Of a stretch of 64,000 nt of DNA, positions 9,423 to 19,043 are shown piece after piece (position 1 is the stretch's first letter; every line of letters begins with the position of its first letter). The translations under genes were made by a program, and so were the position numbers. The stretch spans positions 39,504 through 103,503 of the forward strand of contig CABZCX010000003.1 of the NCBI GenBank assembly GCA_902524345.1, given 5' to 3'. This DNA comes from an uncultured Pelagibacteraceae bacterium (GTDB lineage: Bacteria; Pseudomonadota; Alphaproteobacteria; Pelagibacterales; Pelagibacteraceae). A model generated the notes under the pieces. It did no database searches. It was not told the DNA's origin and worked only from the letters and a program-made list of their open reading frames with translations.

Positions 9423-10288
9423 TTAATATTATCTATGCTCTCTATTTGGCTTAAAGAATTTTTAAATTCATCCATATTTTCTCTCAATGCTAAATTTGAT
9501 ACAGCATAAACTGCTATTAATAAGAGTAGCAAAGGTAATGCCGTTATCACAGAGGCATTACTTTTAATAAGTAAAATATACAAAATTATAAACAATGCAG
9601 AACGTATTAAAAAAGTTTTTTTAAAAACACTGATGATAGATAAAGAATGTTTTACCAGATTCAAAAAACTCATTTTAGATGGTCCAAAATATCTAGTTCC
9701 TCTGATCGACGGTACTTTTATGAAATTTTTTTCTACTTTAGATAAAGAGCCAGAAAAACTATTCCAAGTGGCTTTTTCATTAATCATATTTTCGACTGTC
9801 TTTTTTGGTAAACAAGTAAAGTTTCCAAATTTTATTGATTTGCCAGTAAAAGTTAAAGTTACCAACTTATGTAACTGATAACAAATTTTAAATAATAAGC
9901 TCTCTGATCTTTTTACTCTCTCTCCGACAACCGTAACATTATCTGTATCTTTAATTTGATCTAAAAATTTTTTTATTTCCTCTGGTCTGTCTTCACCGTC
10001 TCCATCCATTGGTATTGCATAGTCAAATTCATCTTTATCCAAAATATATTTTAGTCCAGTCGCTATACATCTTGCATGTCCTTGGTTTTTTTTCATGTTT
10101 AAAATCTTTATAGATTGAATATTATCAAAATTGATTTCCTCATTTGATCGATCATGGTTTGAGGCATCGTTAACAACAATAATAGATATCTCAAAATTTT
10201 TATCTATTTTTAAATTATCAATTTCCTCAAAAAGTTTAAACACTGACTGCCAATCGTTATAAATAGGGATTATAATTTTTACTTTCAT
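9419..10288 (-). CDS. GT2 glycosyltransferase (GtrB/DPM-synthase-like) with C-terminal membrane helices
   Basis: IIIPIYND, VVNDAS, NQGHARCI, MDGDGEDRP motifs; hydrophobic C-terminus. Confidence 0.88.
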   Translation of the reverse strand: MKVKIIIPIYNDWQSVFKLFEEIDNLKIDKNFEISIIVVNDASNHDRSNEEINFDNIQSIKILNMKKNQGHARCIATGLKYILDKDEFDYAIPMDGDGEDRPEEIKKFLDQIKDTDNVTVVGERVKRSESLLFKICYQLHKLVTLTFTGKSIKFGNFTCLPKKTVENMINEKATWNSFSGSLSKVEKNFIKVPSIRGTRYFGPSKMSFLNLVKHSLSIISVFKKTFLIRSALFIILYILLIKSNASVITALPLLLLLIAVYAVSNLALRENMDEFKNSLSQIESIDNIK

Positions 10289-10294
10289 AGTTTT

Positions 10295-11614
10295 TTAATA
10301 TCTCCCTAAACAAATATCATCTAAACAAATAAATTGACTTGATTTATTTAAAATTTCTTTTTTAGTAAACCCTTCCCACCTTGGTCGTGATTTTAAGTGA
10401 TAAGATAAATTGCCTGCCTTCCACTCATCTCCTGTGACAAACTCAATTTCTTTTTCAAAATCCTGTTCCCAAGTAAATTGAACTTTAGCTGCTATCTCCT
10501 TGCCAGGATAATCAGTTCTTTTATCAGTTTTTGTTATAGAAATATATGCGTATAGGCTTGGGGATAAAAAAAACAAAAATAAAAACCCAACTAAAAAAGA
10601 ATTTATCTTTTTAAGATTAATTTGAGATCTAAATAAATAGACAGAAAATATTCCAAGAGGTAAATAAAAAGGTGTCATCCACATCGTTCTAATTTTAGAT
10701 CCTGTAACAACTGAAGTAATAAAAATTAAAAAAATAGGTAAAATACTTATAGATAATAAAAAAAGAAACTTCCTATCATTAAAATTAAATTTAATTTCAA
10801 TTTTTTTTATCAATAGCCACGTTAAAAAGAAAAATGGAATTAGTATTCCAAGTTGTTTAAATAAAAAGATAATTGGATATTTTACATGGTTGAGAATTTC
10901 TGTTTCCTCAAAGCCTGATCTTTTCAAGCCATATAAAACAGTTATAAAATCGTTATCAAGCAACCAAATTATATGTGGAACTAAGAGAACTAAAAAAATT
11001 TCAATTATTATCAAATATTTAAAATCAAAGTTTTTAAATTTTTTATAAATAACATAAATAAATAATAAACTAATTGACAATAATAAATAAACAAACAAAT
11101 ATTTAGAAAGAAAACCAATTGCAGCAAATAATCCAATTAGAAAACAATCATAAAACTGTATTTCTTTTGCATCATATATTTTCCAAGAGTAATAAATAAC
11201 CAATGACCAAAATGGTAACTGACAAACATTTACATTAAACTCTGGAGTTGTGAAATTGAAGAAATAAATAGCCTCTAACAATAAAACTGAAATTAAACTT
11301 AATTTAATATGTCCTAAAATTTCAGAAGCAAATTTGAATATAAAATAGAATGATATAACAACAAAAATTTGACTTAAAAGATAAAAAGCCCAATCTTGAG
11401 AACCAAATATATTATAAAATACCTCAGAAAAAAAAGCGCTCATTGGTGGGTGTTTGTTGAAACCCCAATCTAAATTGCTTCCCCAAGCTAGCGCCTCTAT
11501 TGTATCAAGAGGCAAATTTGAATTTGTCAATGAGGGAATCATTGTCCAAATTATTAAATGTGTAATAGCAAAAATAAAAAATATGTTATTAATATTCTTG
11601 TTTAAAACATTCAT
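10295..11614 (-). CDS. GT39/ArnT-PMT family membrane glycosyltransferase
   Basis: DTIEALAWG..LDWGFNKHPP, EFNVNV, FLSKY motifs, many TM segments; ATG at 11614 preferred over the track start 11680. Confidence 0.85.
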   Translation of the reverse strand: MNVLNKNINNIFFIFAITHLIIWTMIPSLTNSNLPLDTIEALAWGSNLDWGFNKHPPMSAFFSEVFYNIFGSQDWAFYLLSQIFVVISFYFIFKFASEILGHIKLSLISVLLLEAIYFFNFTTPEFNVNVCQLPFWSLVIYYSWKIYDAKEIQFYDCFLIGLFAAIGFLSKYLFVYLLLSISLLFIYVIYKKFKNFDFKYLIIIEIFLVLLVPHIIWLLDNDFITVLYGLKRSGFEETEILNHVKYPIIFLFKQLGILIPFFFLTWLLIKKIEIKFNFNDRKFLFLLSISILPIFLIFITSVVTGSKIRTMWMTPFYLPLGIFSVYLFRSQINLKKINSFLVGFLFLFFLSPSLYAYISITKTDKRTDYPGKEIAAKVQFTWEQDFEKEIEFVTGDEWKAGNLSYHLKSRPRWEGFTKKEILNKSSQFICLDDICLGRY

Positions 11615-11692
11615 AAGTAAATATTTACAATAATTAAGGTTACTTGACACCCATATTTTGCTGAATATACTCCCTCGCATTCAAATTTAGAC

Positions 11693-12217
11693 ATGCCAAA
11701 GATAGCTAAAGCAAAAAAAAAGGTTACTAAAACTAAAGCAAAGAATGTTTCTAAACCAAAAACAAAAGTAGTTATTAAAACAAAAGAAGTCAAAAAAGGA
11801 CCTATAAAAATATCAAAAACCTACATTCCTAAAGATACAGAAAAATACATGTGTGAAAAACACAAAGTTTTTTTCAGAATTAAATTGCAAGAATGGAAAA
11901 AAGAACTTGTAAAATCAAATAACGAAGCTCTCTATAACGGCTCTATGGATGATAATAGTATTTCTGCAGATATTGTCGATCAGGCAAGTTCATATACTGA
12001 TAAAAATGTAGAAATGAAAGCAATCAATAGACAAATAAAACTTATCTCAGAAATTGACAAAGCTTTAGCAAGAATAAGGGAAGATACTTATGGATATTGT
12101 CTTGATACTGCTGAACCGATTGGGCTAAAAAGACTAATGGCAAGACCAGTCGCAAAATATACAATTGCTGCACAAGAAAAACATGAGAAGGACGAAAAGG
12201 TTCACGCAGATGACTAA
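11693..12217 (+). CDS. dksA: RNA polymerase-binding protein DksA with Lys-rich N-terminal extension
   Basis: DIVDQA coiled-coil tip; YGYCLDTAEPIGLKRLMARP C-terminal domain. Confidence 0.95.
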   Translation: MPKIAKAKKKVTKTKAKNVSKPKTKVVIKTKEVKKGPIKISKTYIPKDTEKYMCEKHKVFFRIKLQEWKKELVKSNNEALYNGSMDDNSISADIVDQASSYTDKNVEMKAINRQIKLISEIDKALARIREDTYGYCLDTAEPIGLKRLMARPVAKYTIAAQEKHEKDEKVHADD

Positions 12218-12338
12218 AAGAAAGAAAAAAACAAAAAAAGTGCATAATCCAGTAACTTACAATTTTACTAAAAAATATATTTACTATTATTATGCTCTGT
12301 TCTGGATAATTTTAATATTTTTTGTCTTTAGTAGATGA
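12210..12338 (+). CDS. Small 42-aa membrane protein (below ORF-track cutoff)
   Basis: MTKRKKKTKKVHNPVTYNFTKKYIYYYYALFWIILIFFVFSR; ATG overlaps the dksA stop region; basic N-terminus plus C-terminal hydrophobic helix. Confidence 0.6.
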   Translation: MTKRKKKTKKVHNPVTYNFTKKYIYYYYALFWIILIFFVFSR

Positions 12339-12439
12339 ATCCAAAATTAATTTTAATTATATTAGTAATACTTGCAATAGAAGCATCAGGTCATGGCATT
12401 TTTGCTTCATTATTTAGATTTCTTAACTCGATAAATTAA
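12335..12439 (+). CDS. Small 34-aa membrane/secreted peptide (below ORF-track cutoff)
   Basis: MNPKLILIILVILAIEASGHGIFASLFRFLNSIN; ATGA overlap with the preceding small ORF; stop abuts the convergent GST stop. Confidence 0.6.
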   Translation: MNPKLILIILVILAIEASGHGIFASLFRFLNSIN

Positions 12440-13066
12440 TTATGGCTTGGGTGGTAATTCATTTTTATCCATAAAAGCAAAACCTTTTTTAACACCATCT
12501 CTTTCAGAGATATTCTCGTACCATCTAGTTAAATTTTTAAATTTTTTTAAACCAATGTCATGCCACTCATGTCTAGCAATCCAAGGAAATGTTCCAATAT
12601 CTGCGATTGTATAATTTTCTCCTGATAAATATTTTGATTTTGATAATCTTTCATCTAACTCTCTATATATTCTCTCAGAAATCTTAAAATATCTATCTTC
12701 ACCAAACTTACTTTTCCCCGGATTATAATGATGAAACTGATGATGTTGACCTAGCATTGGACCAACATTGCCCATTTGGGCCATAAGCCATTGATTAATT
12801 TCTAATCTTTCTTCAGAATTATAAAATTTTCCACTTAATTCAGCTAAGTAAATTAAAATTGCCCCAGATTCAAAAACTGTTTTTTTATTTTTATGATCAA
12901 TAATTACAGGAATTTTACTTAATGGACTAATCTTTTTAAAATCTTGTTTGAATTGTTCACCATTATCTAAATCAACTTTGGTTACTTTGTAGTCAAACTT
13001 GATCTCTTCGAGCATAATACTGATTTTTTTTCCATTAGGAGTATTAGCTGAAAAAAGCTCAATCAC
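12440..13066 (-). CDS. Glutathione S-transferase (YfcG/YghU-like)
   Basis: TPNGKK, SPLSKIP, FESGAILIYL, YTIADI motifs. Confidence 0.93.
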   Translation of the reverse strand: MIELFSANTPNGKKISIMLEEIKFDYKVTKVDLDNGEQFKQDFKKISPLSKIPVIIDHKNKKTVFESGAILIYLAELSGKFYNSEERLEINQWLMAQMGNVGPMLGQHHQFHHYNPGKSKFGEDRYFKISERIYRELDERLSKSKYLSGENYTIADIGTFPWIARHEWHDIGLKKFKNLTRWYENISERDGVKKGFAFMDKNELPPKP

Positions 13067-14079
13067 TCTTTTTTACCGAGTCTTTTTAACAAATTTGATG
13101 AAGTAGTCGTGAATTCAAATCGATATTTTTCATTGGGTCTTGCGAGTTTGAAACATGCTCTAGCAGCTAAAGCACCCTCATGGAAACCAGAGAGAATAAG
13201 TTTTAATTTACCAGGATAGTTACAAATGTCTCCAACAGCATAAATACCTTTTTGATTTGTCTCAAATTTCTCTGTATCAACCTCAATAGTTTTTTTATTC
13301 AAATTAAGACCCCAATCAGCAATTGGTCCTAATTGCATTATAAGGCCAAAAAAACCAAGCACATAATCAGACTTTAGGTTTTTAATTTCATTATTGTCGT
13401 GCTTTATATCTATACTTTCTAATTTTTGATCTCCGTGAGCATTTGCCATTTGATATTTAGTAAACAAGTTTATTTTTCCTGATTTTACAAGTTCCCGCAT
13501 TTTATCGACTGATGCTTGAGCTCCTCTAAATTCATCTCGTCTATGTATTAAATTAACTTTACAATCTTTTGATAACTCAATAGCCCAATCTAATGCGCTA
13601 TCTCCACCTCCAAAAATTGATACTGTTTTACCTTTAAATATATCTTTATCTTTTACCGAATAAAATAATGATTTATTTTCAAATTGTTCACATTCCTTTG
13701 GTGCAAATTTTCGAGGTTCAAATGAACCAACTCCCCCAGCAATAATAACATTTGGTGTTAAAAAAGTATTACCACTACTAGTTTTTACTAACCAGTTAGC
13801 ATCTTCTTTCTTAACCTCTTCAACTCTTTCACTTAAATGAAATTTAATGTCAAAAGGCTTTAATTGACTAATTAAATTATTTGTTAATTCCTCTCCTGTA
13901 CACTCAGGTACCGCAGGAATATCATAAATTGGTTTATCAGGATAAAGTTCTATACATTGTCCACCTATTTTATCTAAATTATCAACTATTTCACAATCGA
14001 GCCCAATTAGTTTTAATTGGTGTGCCGTAAATAATCCTGTGGGTCCTGCTCCAATAATTAGTGCATCGGTTTTATTCAT
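13063..14079 (-). CDS. Ferredoxin-NADP+ reductase, thioredoxin-reductase-like type
   Basis: IIGAGPTG, GGQCIELYPDKPIYDIP, GGGDSALDW, GIYAVGD; adjacent to ferredoxin. Confidence 0.9.
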   Translation of the reverse strand: MNKTDALIIGAGPTGLFTAHQLKLIGLDCEIVDNLDKIGGQCIELYPDKPIYDIPAVPECTGEELTNNLISQLKPFDIKFHLSERVEEVKKEDANWLVKTSSGNTFLTPNVIIAGGVGSFEPRKFAPKECEQFENKSLFYSVKDKDIFKGKTVSIFGGGDSALDWAIELSKDCKVNLIHRRDEFRGAQASVDKMRELVKSGKINLFTKYQMANAHGDQKLESIDIKHDNNEIKNLKSDYVLGFFGLIMQLGPIADWGLNLNKKTIEVDTEKFETNQKGIYAVGDICNYPGKLKLILSGFHEGALAARACFKLARPNEKYRFEFTTTSSNLLKRLGKKE

Positions 14080-14400
14080 TTAAGCCTGTTTAGACGGTAT
14101 GTTTACTTCGAGACCATTTATTTCATCTGAAACAATAATTTGGCAACTCAGTCTGCTATTTGTTTTTGGTTCAAATGCCATATCAAGCATATCGTCTTCT
14201 CCGTCTTCTTTTTTTGGTAACTTATTAAACCAGTCTTCTTTGACATAAACATGGCAAGTTGCACATGCCATTCCACCACCACAATCTGCATCTATTCCAG
14301 GTATGTCATTTTGAACTGCACCCTCCATAACTGTTAAGCCATTTTGAACTTCGATTGTATGCTTTTCATTCTCGTGAGTGATGTAAGTGATTTTAGCCAT
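14080..14400 (-). CDS. fdx: 2Fe-2S ferredoxin (adrenodoxin type)
   Basis: [11 protein letters not shown] and SRLSCQ. Confidence 0.95.
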   Translation of the reverse strand: MAKITYITHENEKHTIEVQNGLTVMEGAVQNDIPGIDADCGGGMACATCHVYVKEDWFNKLPKKEDGEDDMLDMAFEPKTNSRLSCQIIVSDEINGLEVNIPSKQA

Positions 14401-14418
14401 TGATATGAATATAGGTGT

Positions 14419-14459
14419 AAAAAAAAATAGGGCAAGTATGTTAAAACATACTCGCCCTA
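14419..14459 (-). terminator. Rho-independent terminator after proteorhodopsin
   Basis: Minus strand TAGGGCGAGTATGTTTTAACATACTTGCCCTA hairpin followed by a T-run (A-run 14419-14427 on +). Confidence 0.85.
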
Positions 14460-14482
14460 TAAATTATAAGTTTAAAGCGTAA

Positions 14483-15259
14483 TTATCTTGCTCTTGCGCC
14501 AGCTCCAGAACTCATTGCTGCAGCCCAGATTACTAGACCAAATGCAATTTTGTTAATGAAGTCAGCTAAGTTGTAAACTACGTTTAATGTGTCAGCATCC
14601 ACTCCACCAGTTAGGTAACCAAATACATAACCTAATGGATAAATTGCCCAACCTACAGTTACAATCATTCTCATTGCACCGAACGCAGTTACAAGAGCTT
14701 TGTTTCCGCTCTTAGCAGCAGCTTTACCTGCTTCACCTGAGAATACTTCATAAAGAATGTATACCCAACCTGCCATACCGATAATGAAACCAAGCGTAGC
14801 GTTGATGTATCCAGCTTCTCCTAAGTATCCACCGATTAACATTACTAATGAACCGATTAACAATCTCCAGAACATTCCAGAGTTTGCTTTTCTTACAGCT
14901 ACTAGAATTAAATAAAATTCTACCATCTGTAATGGCACAGTAATTAACCAGTCAATATATCTATATACTGTTGGTGAGTCACCTGTAGCAACCCATACTT
15001 CTCTCATGTACATGTAGTGAATGAAAGCAATACCAGTTACTAGACCAGCAACAGTTACTGATGTTTTCCACGCAGGGTTAACAGTACCTCTCTCCATGAA
15101 GAAGAAAGCTGTAGCCGCTAACATACCCATTGAAATAATCCAAAAAGATATTCCAACGAAGTCATCCTGAGCTAACATCGTAGCGCTTGCTGCATTAGCA
15201 ATTCCTGTTAAACCTGTTAAGGCAACAGCTGCTAGAGCAAACAGTTTAAGTTTTTTCAT
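14483..15259 (-). CDS. Proteorhodopsin, blue-absorbing DTE proton pump
   Basis: YRYIDWLITVPLQMVE (D97, T101, Q105, E108), H75 in FIHY, Schiff-base Lys in DFINKIAFG. Confidence 0.98.
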   Translation of the reverse strand: MKKLKLFALAAVALTGLTGIANAASATMLAQDDFVGISFWIISMGMLAATAFFFMERGTVNPAWKTSVTVAGLVTGIAFIHYMYMREVWVATGDSPTVYRYIDWLITVPLQMVEFYLILVAVRKANSGMFWRLLIGSLVMLIGGYLGEAGYINATLGFIIGMAGWVYILYEVFSGEAGKAAAKSGNKALVTAFGAMRMIVTVGWAIYPLGYVFGYLTGGVDADTLNVVYNLADFINKIAFGLVIWAAAMSSGAGARAR

Positions 15260-15290
15260 AAAAAACTCCCTCTTTAGTTAGTTTTTACTT

Positions 15291-15326
15291 TTAGTTTATA
15301 TAAACTAAGCTTAGGCTTCCCTAAGC
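15291..15326 (-). promoter_or_regulatory. Two adjacent inverted repeats upstream of proteorhodopsin
   Basis: Perfect 18-bp palindrome TTAGTTTATATAAACTAA (15291-15308) directly followed by GCTTAGG-CTTC-CCTAAGC (15309-15326). Confidence 0.55.
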
Positions 15327-15472
15327 AAAGATTGGGGTTAAATAGCAAATAAAAACAGTTTATTGAAGACTAAAGTGTCATTTATTTACGTTGATTTTAC
15401 TGACTTTTTGAAATTAAATACAATTTATAATTTAATAATCTAAAAAAAAGGCACTATCGAATCAAAAATCAA

Positions 15473-17365
15473 ATGTCCAAGAAATTCAATGAAATATACC
15501 AAGAATCAATAAATAATCCTGAAAGCTTTTGGAGAGATGCATCAGAAAACATCTTCTGGTTTAAAAAACCAAGCAAAATTTTAAACAAATCTAATCCCCC
15601 TTTCTATAAGTGGTACGAAGATGGTGTCACTAACACGTGTTATAATGCTTTGGATTTTCACATTGATCAAGGAAAAGGAGGTAAAACCGCATTAATTTAC
15701 GATAGTCCTATCACCGGAGACAAAAACAAGTTCAGTTATGAAGAATTAAGATCAAAAGTATCTAAATTTGCAGGAGCACTTAAAAATCAAGGGGTCAATA
15801 AAGGTGATCGAGTGATAATTTATATGCCCATGATACCTGAGGCTGTTATAGCAATGCTTGCTTGTGCAAGAATTGGAGCTATTCACTCGGTTGTTTTTGG
15901 TGGATTTGCCTCAAACGAACTTGCAAGCAGAATTGACGACAGTAAAGCAAAACTTTTGGTAACCGCTTCGTGTGGTTTTGAGCCTGGAAGGACTGTTGAA
16001 TACAAGCCTCTAGTAGATGATGCAATAAAACTAGCTAATCACAAGATCAGTAAAATGATTTTGTTTCAAAGGAAAGGTCATGAGGTCAAATTAAATGCTC
16101 CTGTAGAGATCAGCTGGGATGAAGCCCATGCTAACGCTAAGGACACAGATTGTGTAGAAATGAATTCAAACGAATTTGCTTATATTCTTTACACATCAGG
16201 AACAACCGGAACTCCAAAGGGTATCGTTAGAGATATTGGAGGTCACATCGTTGCTTTAAAATGGACTATGAAAAATATTTATAACATTGATGAGAATGAT
16301 ATTTGGTGGTCAGCCAGTGATATTGGTTGGATAGTCGGTCACTCATATATTGTCTACGCTCCGTTATTTAAAGGATGCACAACTGTGCTTTTTGAGGGTA
16401 AGCCTGTCGGTACACCTGATGCCGGAGCTTTTTGGAAAATTATTTCAGACTATAAAGTTAAATCATTATTCACAGCGCCAACAGCTTTTAGAGCAATTAA
16501 AAAAGAAGATCCTGAGGGTAAATTCTTCTCTAAATATGACTTAAGCAAATTTGAGAGTCTTTTTTTAGCTGGTGAGCGTGCTGATCCTGATACAATTAAG
16601 TGGGCTGAAAATTTATTAAAAATTCCAGTAATAGATCATTGGTGGCAAACAGAAACGAGTTGGGCTATTAGTTCAAATTGTACTGGGATTGAAATGATGA
16701 AAACTAAGTACGGTTCAGCTTGTAAAGCAGTACCTGGCTATGATGTGAAAATTATTAAATCAGATCAAACTTTAGCTAAACCAAATGAAATGGGAGATAT
16801 AGTTGTAAAACTTCCATTGCCCCCAGGTACATTTCCAACTCTTTGGAATGCTGATCAAAGATATAAAGAAAACTATATGTCAAACTATGATGGTTATTAT
16901 CAAACTTATGATGCAGGTCATATTGATGAAGATGGATATATATGGATTATGTCTAGAACAGATGACATAATTAATGTTGCAGGTCACAGATTATCAACAG
17001 GTGCAATAGAGGAAGTTTTATCTGAACATCAATCAGTAGCTGAGTGTGCTGTTCTTGGAATTGCCGACAAACTTAAAGGACAATTGCCTATTGGCTTAGT
17101 TGTTTTAAAAGCAGGTGTTGATAAAAGTCACGAAGATATCTCAAAAGAGTGCATACAAATGGTCAGAGAAAAAATTGGTCCAGTTGCTGCATTTAAAATT
17201 GCTATAGTTATCAAAAGATTACCCAAAACTAGATCAGGTAAAATTTTAAGGGGAACAATTAGAAAGATTGCTGATAAAGAAGAATATAAAATGCCTCCAA
17301 CCATTGATGATCCAGCAATTTTAGATGAGATAAAAGCTGATCTGAAAAATAATAATATTCTTTAA
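15473..17365 (+). CDS. prpE: Propionyl-CoA synthetase / acetyl-CoA synthetase family
   Basis: YILYTSGTTGTPKG AMP-binding loop, DHWWQTE, GHRLSTG, LPKTRSGKILR. Confidence 0.85.
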   Translation: MSKKFNEIYQESINNPESFWRDASENIFWFKKPSKILNKSNPPFYKWYEDGVTNTCYNALDFHIDQGKGGKTALIYDSPITGDKNKFSYEELRSKVSKFAGALKNQGVNKGDRVIIYMPMIPEAVIAMLACARIGAIHSVVFGGFASNELASRIDDSKAKLLVTASCGFEPGRTVEYKPLVDDAIKLANHKISKMILFQRKGHEVKLNAPVEISWDEAHANAKDTDCVEMNSNEFAYILYTSGTTGTPKGIVRDIGGHIVALKWTMKNIYNIDENDIWWSASDIGWIVGHSYIVYAPLFKGCTTVLFEGKPVGTPDAGAFWKIISDYKVKSLFTAPTAFRAIKKEDPEGKFFSKYDLSKFESLFLAGERADPDTIKWAENLLKIPVIDHWWQTETSWAISSNCTGIEMMKTKYGSACKAVPGYDVKIIKSDQTLAKPNEMGDIVVKLPLPPGTFPTLWNADQRYKENYMSNYDGYYQTYDAGHIDEDGYIWIMSRTDDIINVAGHRLSTGAIEEVLSEHQSVAECAVLGIADKLKGQLPIGLVVLKAGVDKSHEDISKECIQMVREKIGPVAAFKIAIVIKRLPKTRSGKILRGTIRKIADKEEYKMPPTIDDPAILDEIKADLKNNNIL

Positions 17366-17367
17366 TA

Positions 17368-17700
17368 GTGTTAAAAACATATTTATTCCTAATTGGAGCA
17401 ATTTTTTGTGAGGTTGCTGGTACAATGTTATTGCCAGTATCACAAAATTTTACAAAGTTTTTACCCACTTTTGCCCTAGCTGCATTTTATTTAACTGCAT
17501 TTTATCTTCTAACTTTTGTTGTGAACAAATTACCAATTGCAATTGTTTATGCTACCTGGAGTGGCCTTGGCATATTTACTATTGCAATACTAGGCTACAT
17601 TTTTTTCAAACAAACCTTAGCTTGGCAGGCAATTGTAGGGTTATTCTTAATTGTGATTGGCGTTATATTAGTAAATAGTTTTACTGGAAAGATTAGCTAA
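17368..17700 (+). CDS. SMR family small multidrug transporter
   Basis: AIFCEVAGT (conserved Glu), YATWSGLG, four TM helices; GTG start. Confidence 0.9.
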   Translation: MLKTYLFLIGAIFCEVAGTMLLPVSQNFTKFLPTFALAAFYLTAFYLLTFVVNKLPIAIVYATWSGLGIFTIAILGYIFFKQTLAWQAIVGLFLIVIGVILVNSFTGKIS

Positions 17701-19000
17701 ACACTAAAGGATTTCCCTCGGGTTCACCTAAAATTTTACCATCTTTCATTTTTATTTTTCCGGCTATAATAGTTGCCATTGGAGTACCCTTAAACTCAAA
17801 TCCATTGAAAGGTGACCACCCACATTTACTCTCTATATTTTCGTTTTTAATTTGAATTGTTCTGTTCATATCCACCACAGTAAAATCAGCATCATAACCT
17901 TCTTTAATAAATCCTTTATTCTTTATTCCAAAAATTTTAACTGGATTTTCACAAACAAGATTAATTAATTGAGTAAGAGACAACTTGCCGTCATTTACAT
18001 GATTTAACATAACAGGCATCAAAGTTTGAACACCGGGCATTCCTGAGGGTGAATTGGGATATTCTTTATCTTTATTAACTTTTAGATGTGGGGCGTGATC
18101 TGATCCAATTGTGTCGTTTAAATTATTTTTAACTGCGTACCAAAATCTATCATAATGAGATTTATCTCTTATAGGGGGGTTCATTTGAGCATATGTCCCA
18201 AGCTTGTCATAACAGTCTGGAGCATAAATAGTTAAATGTTGGGGTGTAATTTCAAAAGTAATGTTTCCTTTATGTTGAGATAAAAAATCTATTTCTTGTT
18301 TTGTTGATATATGAAGTACGTGAGCTTTTTTGTTATATTTTTTTGCAATTCTTACAATTCTTCTTGTTGATGACATGGCACATTCTTCACTCCTCCAAAC
18401 TGGATGAGAATGAACATCTCCATTTTTAATTAATTTCTTATTTACCTCTAAAATTGCCTCATCTTCTGAATGAACTGCTACAACTTTTGAGCTATTTTGA
18501 AAAACTTTATCAATATCTTTTTCATCAGCTACTAAAAGATTTCCAGTCGATGAACCAGCAAATAGTTTTATGCCACAGCACCCTTCTAAATTTTTTAATT
18601 CTGCTAGTTGGCTGACATTGTCAGCGGTTGCTCCAAAATAAAAAGCGTAATTGCAGTACATTCTATTTTTTGCAAGATCTAACTTTCTTTGAAATTCTTT
18701 TATGTTTGATGTTGGAGGGTTGGTATTGGGCATTTCAAATACAGCTGTTATACCGCCTGCAACCGCAGCCCTACTTCCGGAATTAAGATCTTCAGTATCA
18801 GTCGAACCTGGTTCTCTAAAATGAGTTTGGGTATCTATGCAACCAGGTAAAACAGTTTGACCTTTTGCATCATATGTTTCTTTTGCGTCTTCAGAAATAT
18901 CACCAATCTTTAAAATTTTACCCTCTTTTACAGCAATATCCTTATTTTCTAATTGTCCATTGATATAACATTGCCCATTTTTGATTATTAGATCTAACAT
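17693..19000 (-). CDS. pyrC: Dihydroorotase
   Basis: PGCIDTQTHFREPG, FEMPNT, HSED, QMNPPIR, GSDHAPH. Confidence 0.93.
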   Translation of the reverse strand: MLDLIIKNGQCYINGQLENKDIAVKEGKILKIGDISEDAKETYDAKGQTVLPGCIDTQTHFREPGSTDTEDLNSGSRAAVAGGITAVFEMPNTNPPTSNIKEFQRKLDLAKNRMYCNYAFYFGATADNVSQLAELKNLEGCCGIKLFAGSSTGNLLVADEKDIDKVFQNSSKVVAVHSEDEAILEVNKKLIKNGDVHSHPVWRSEECAMSSTRRIVRIAKKYNKKAHVLHISTKQEIDFLSQHKGNITFEITPQHLTIYAPDCYDKLGTYAQMNPPIRDKSHYDRFWYAVKNNLNDTIGSDHAPHLKVNKDKEYPNSPSGMPGVQTLMPVMLNHVNDGKLSLTQLINLVCENPVKIFGIKNKGFIKEGYDADFTVVDMNRTIQIKNENIESKCGWSPFNGFEFKGTPMATIIAGKIKMKDGKILGEPEGNPLVFS

Positions 19001-19043
19001 TTATAAAAAAAGTTATTATATTAAAAATAGCTATCAATCAAAC

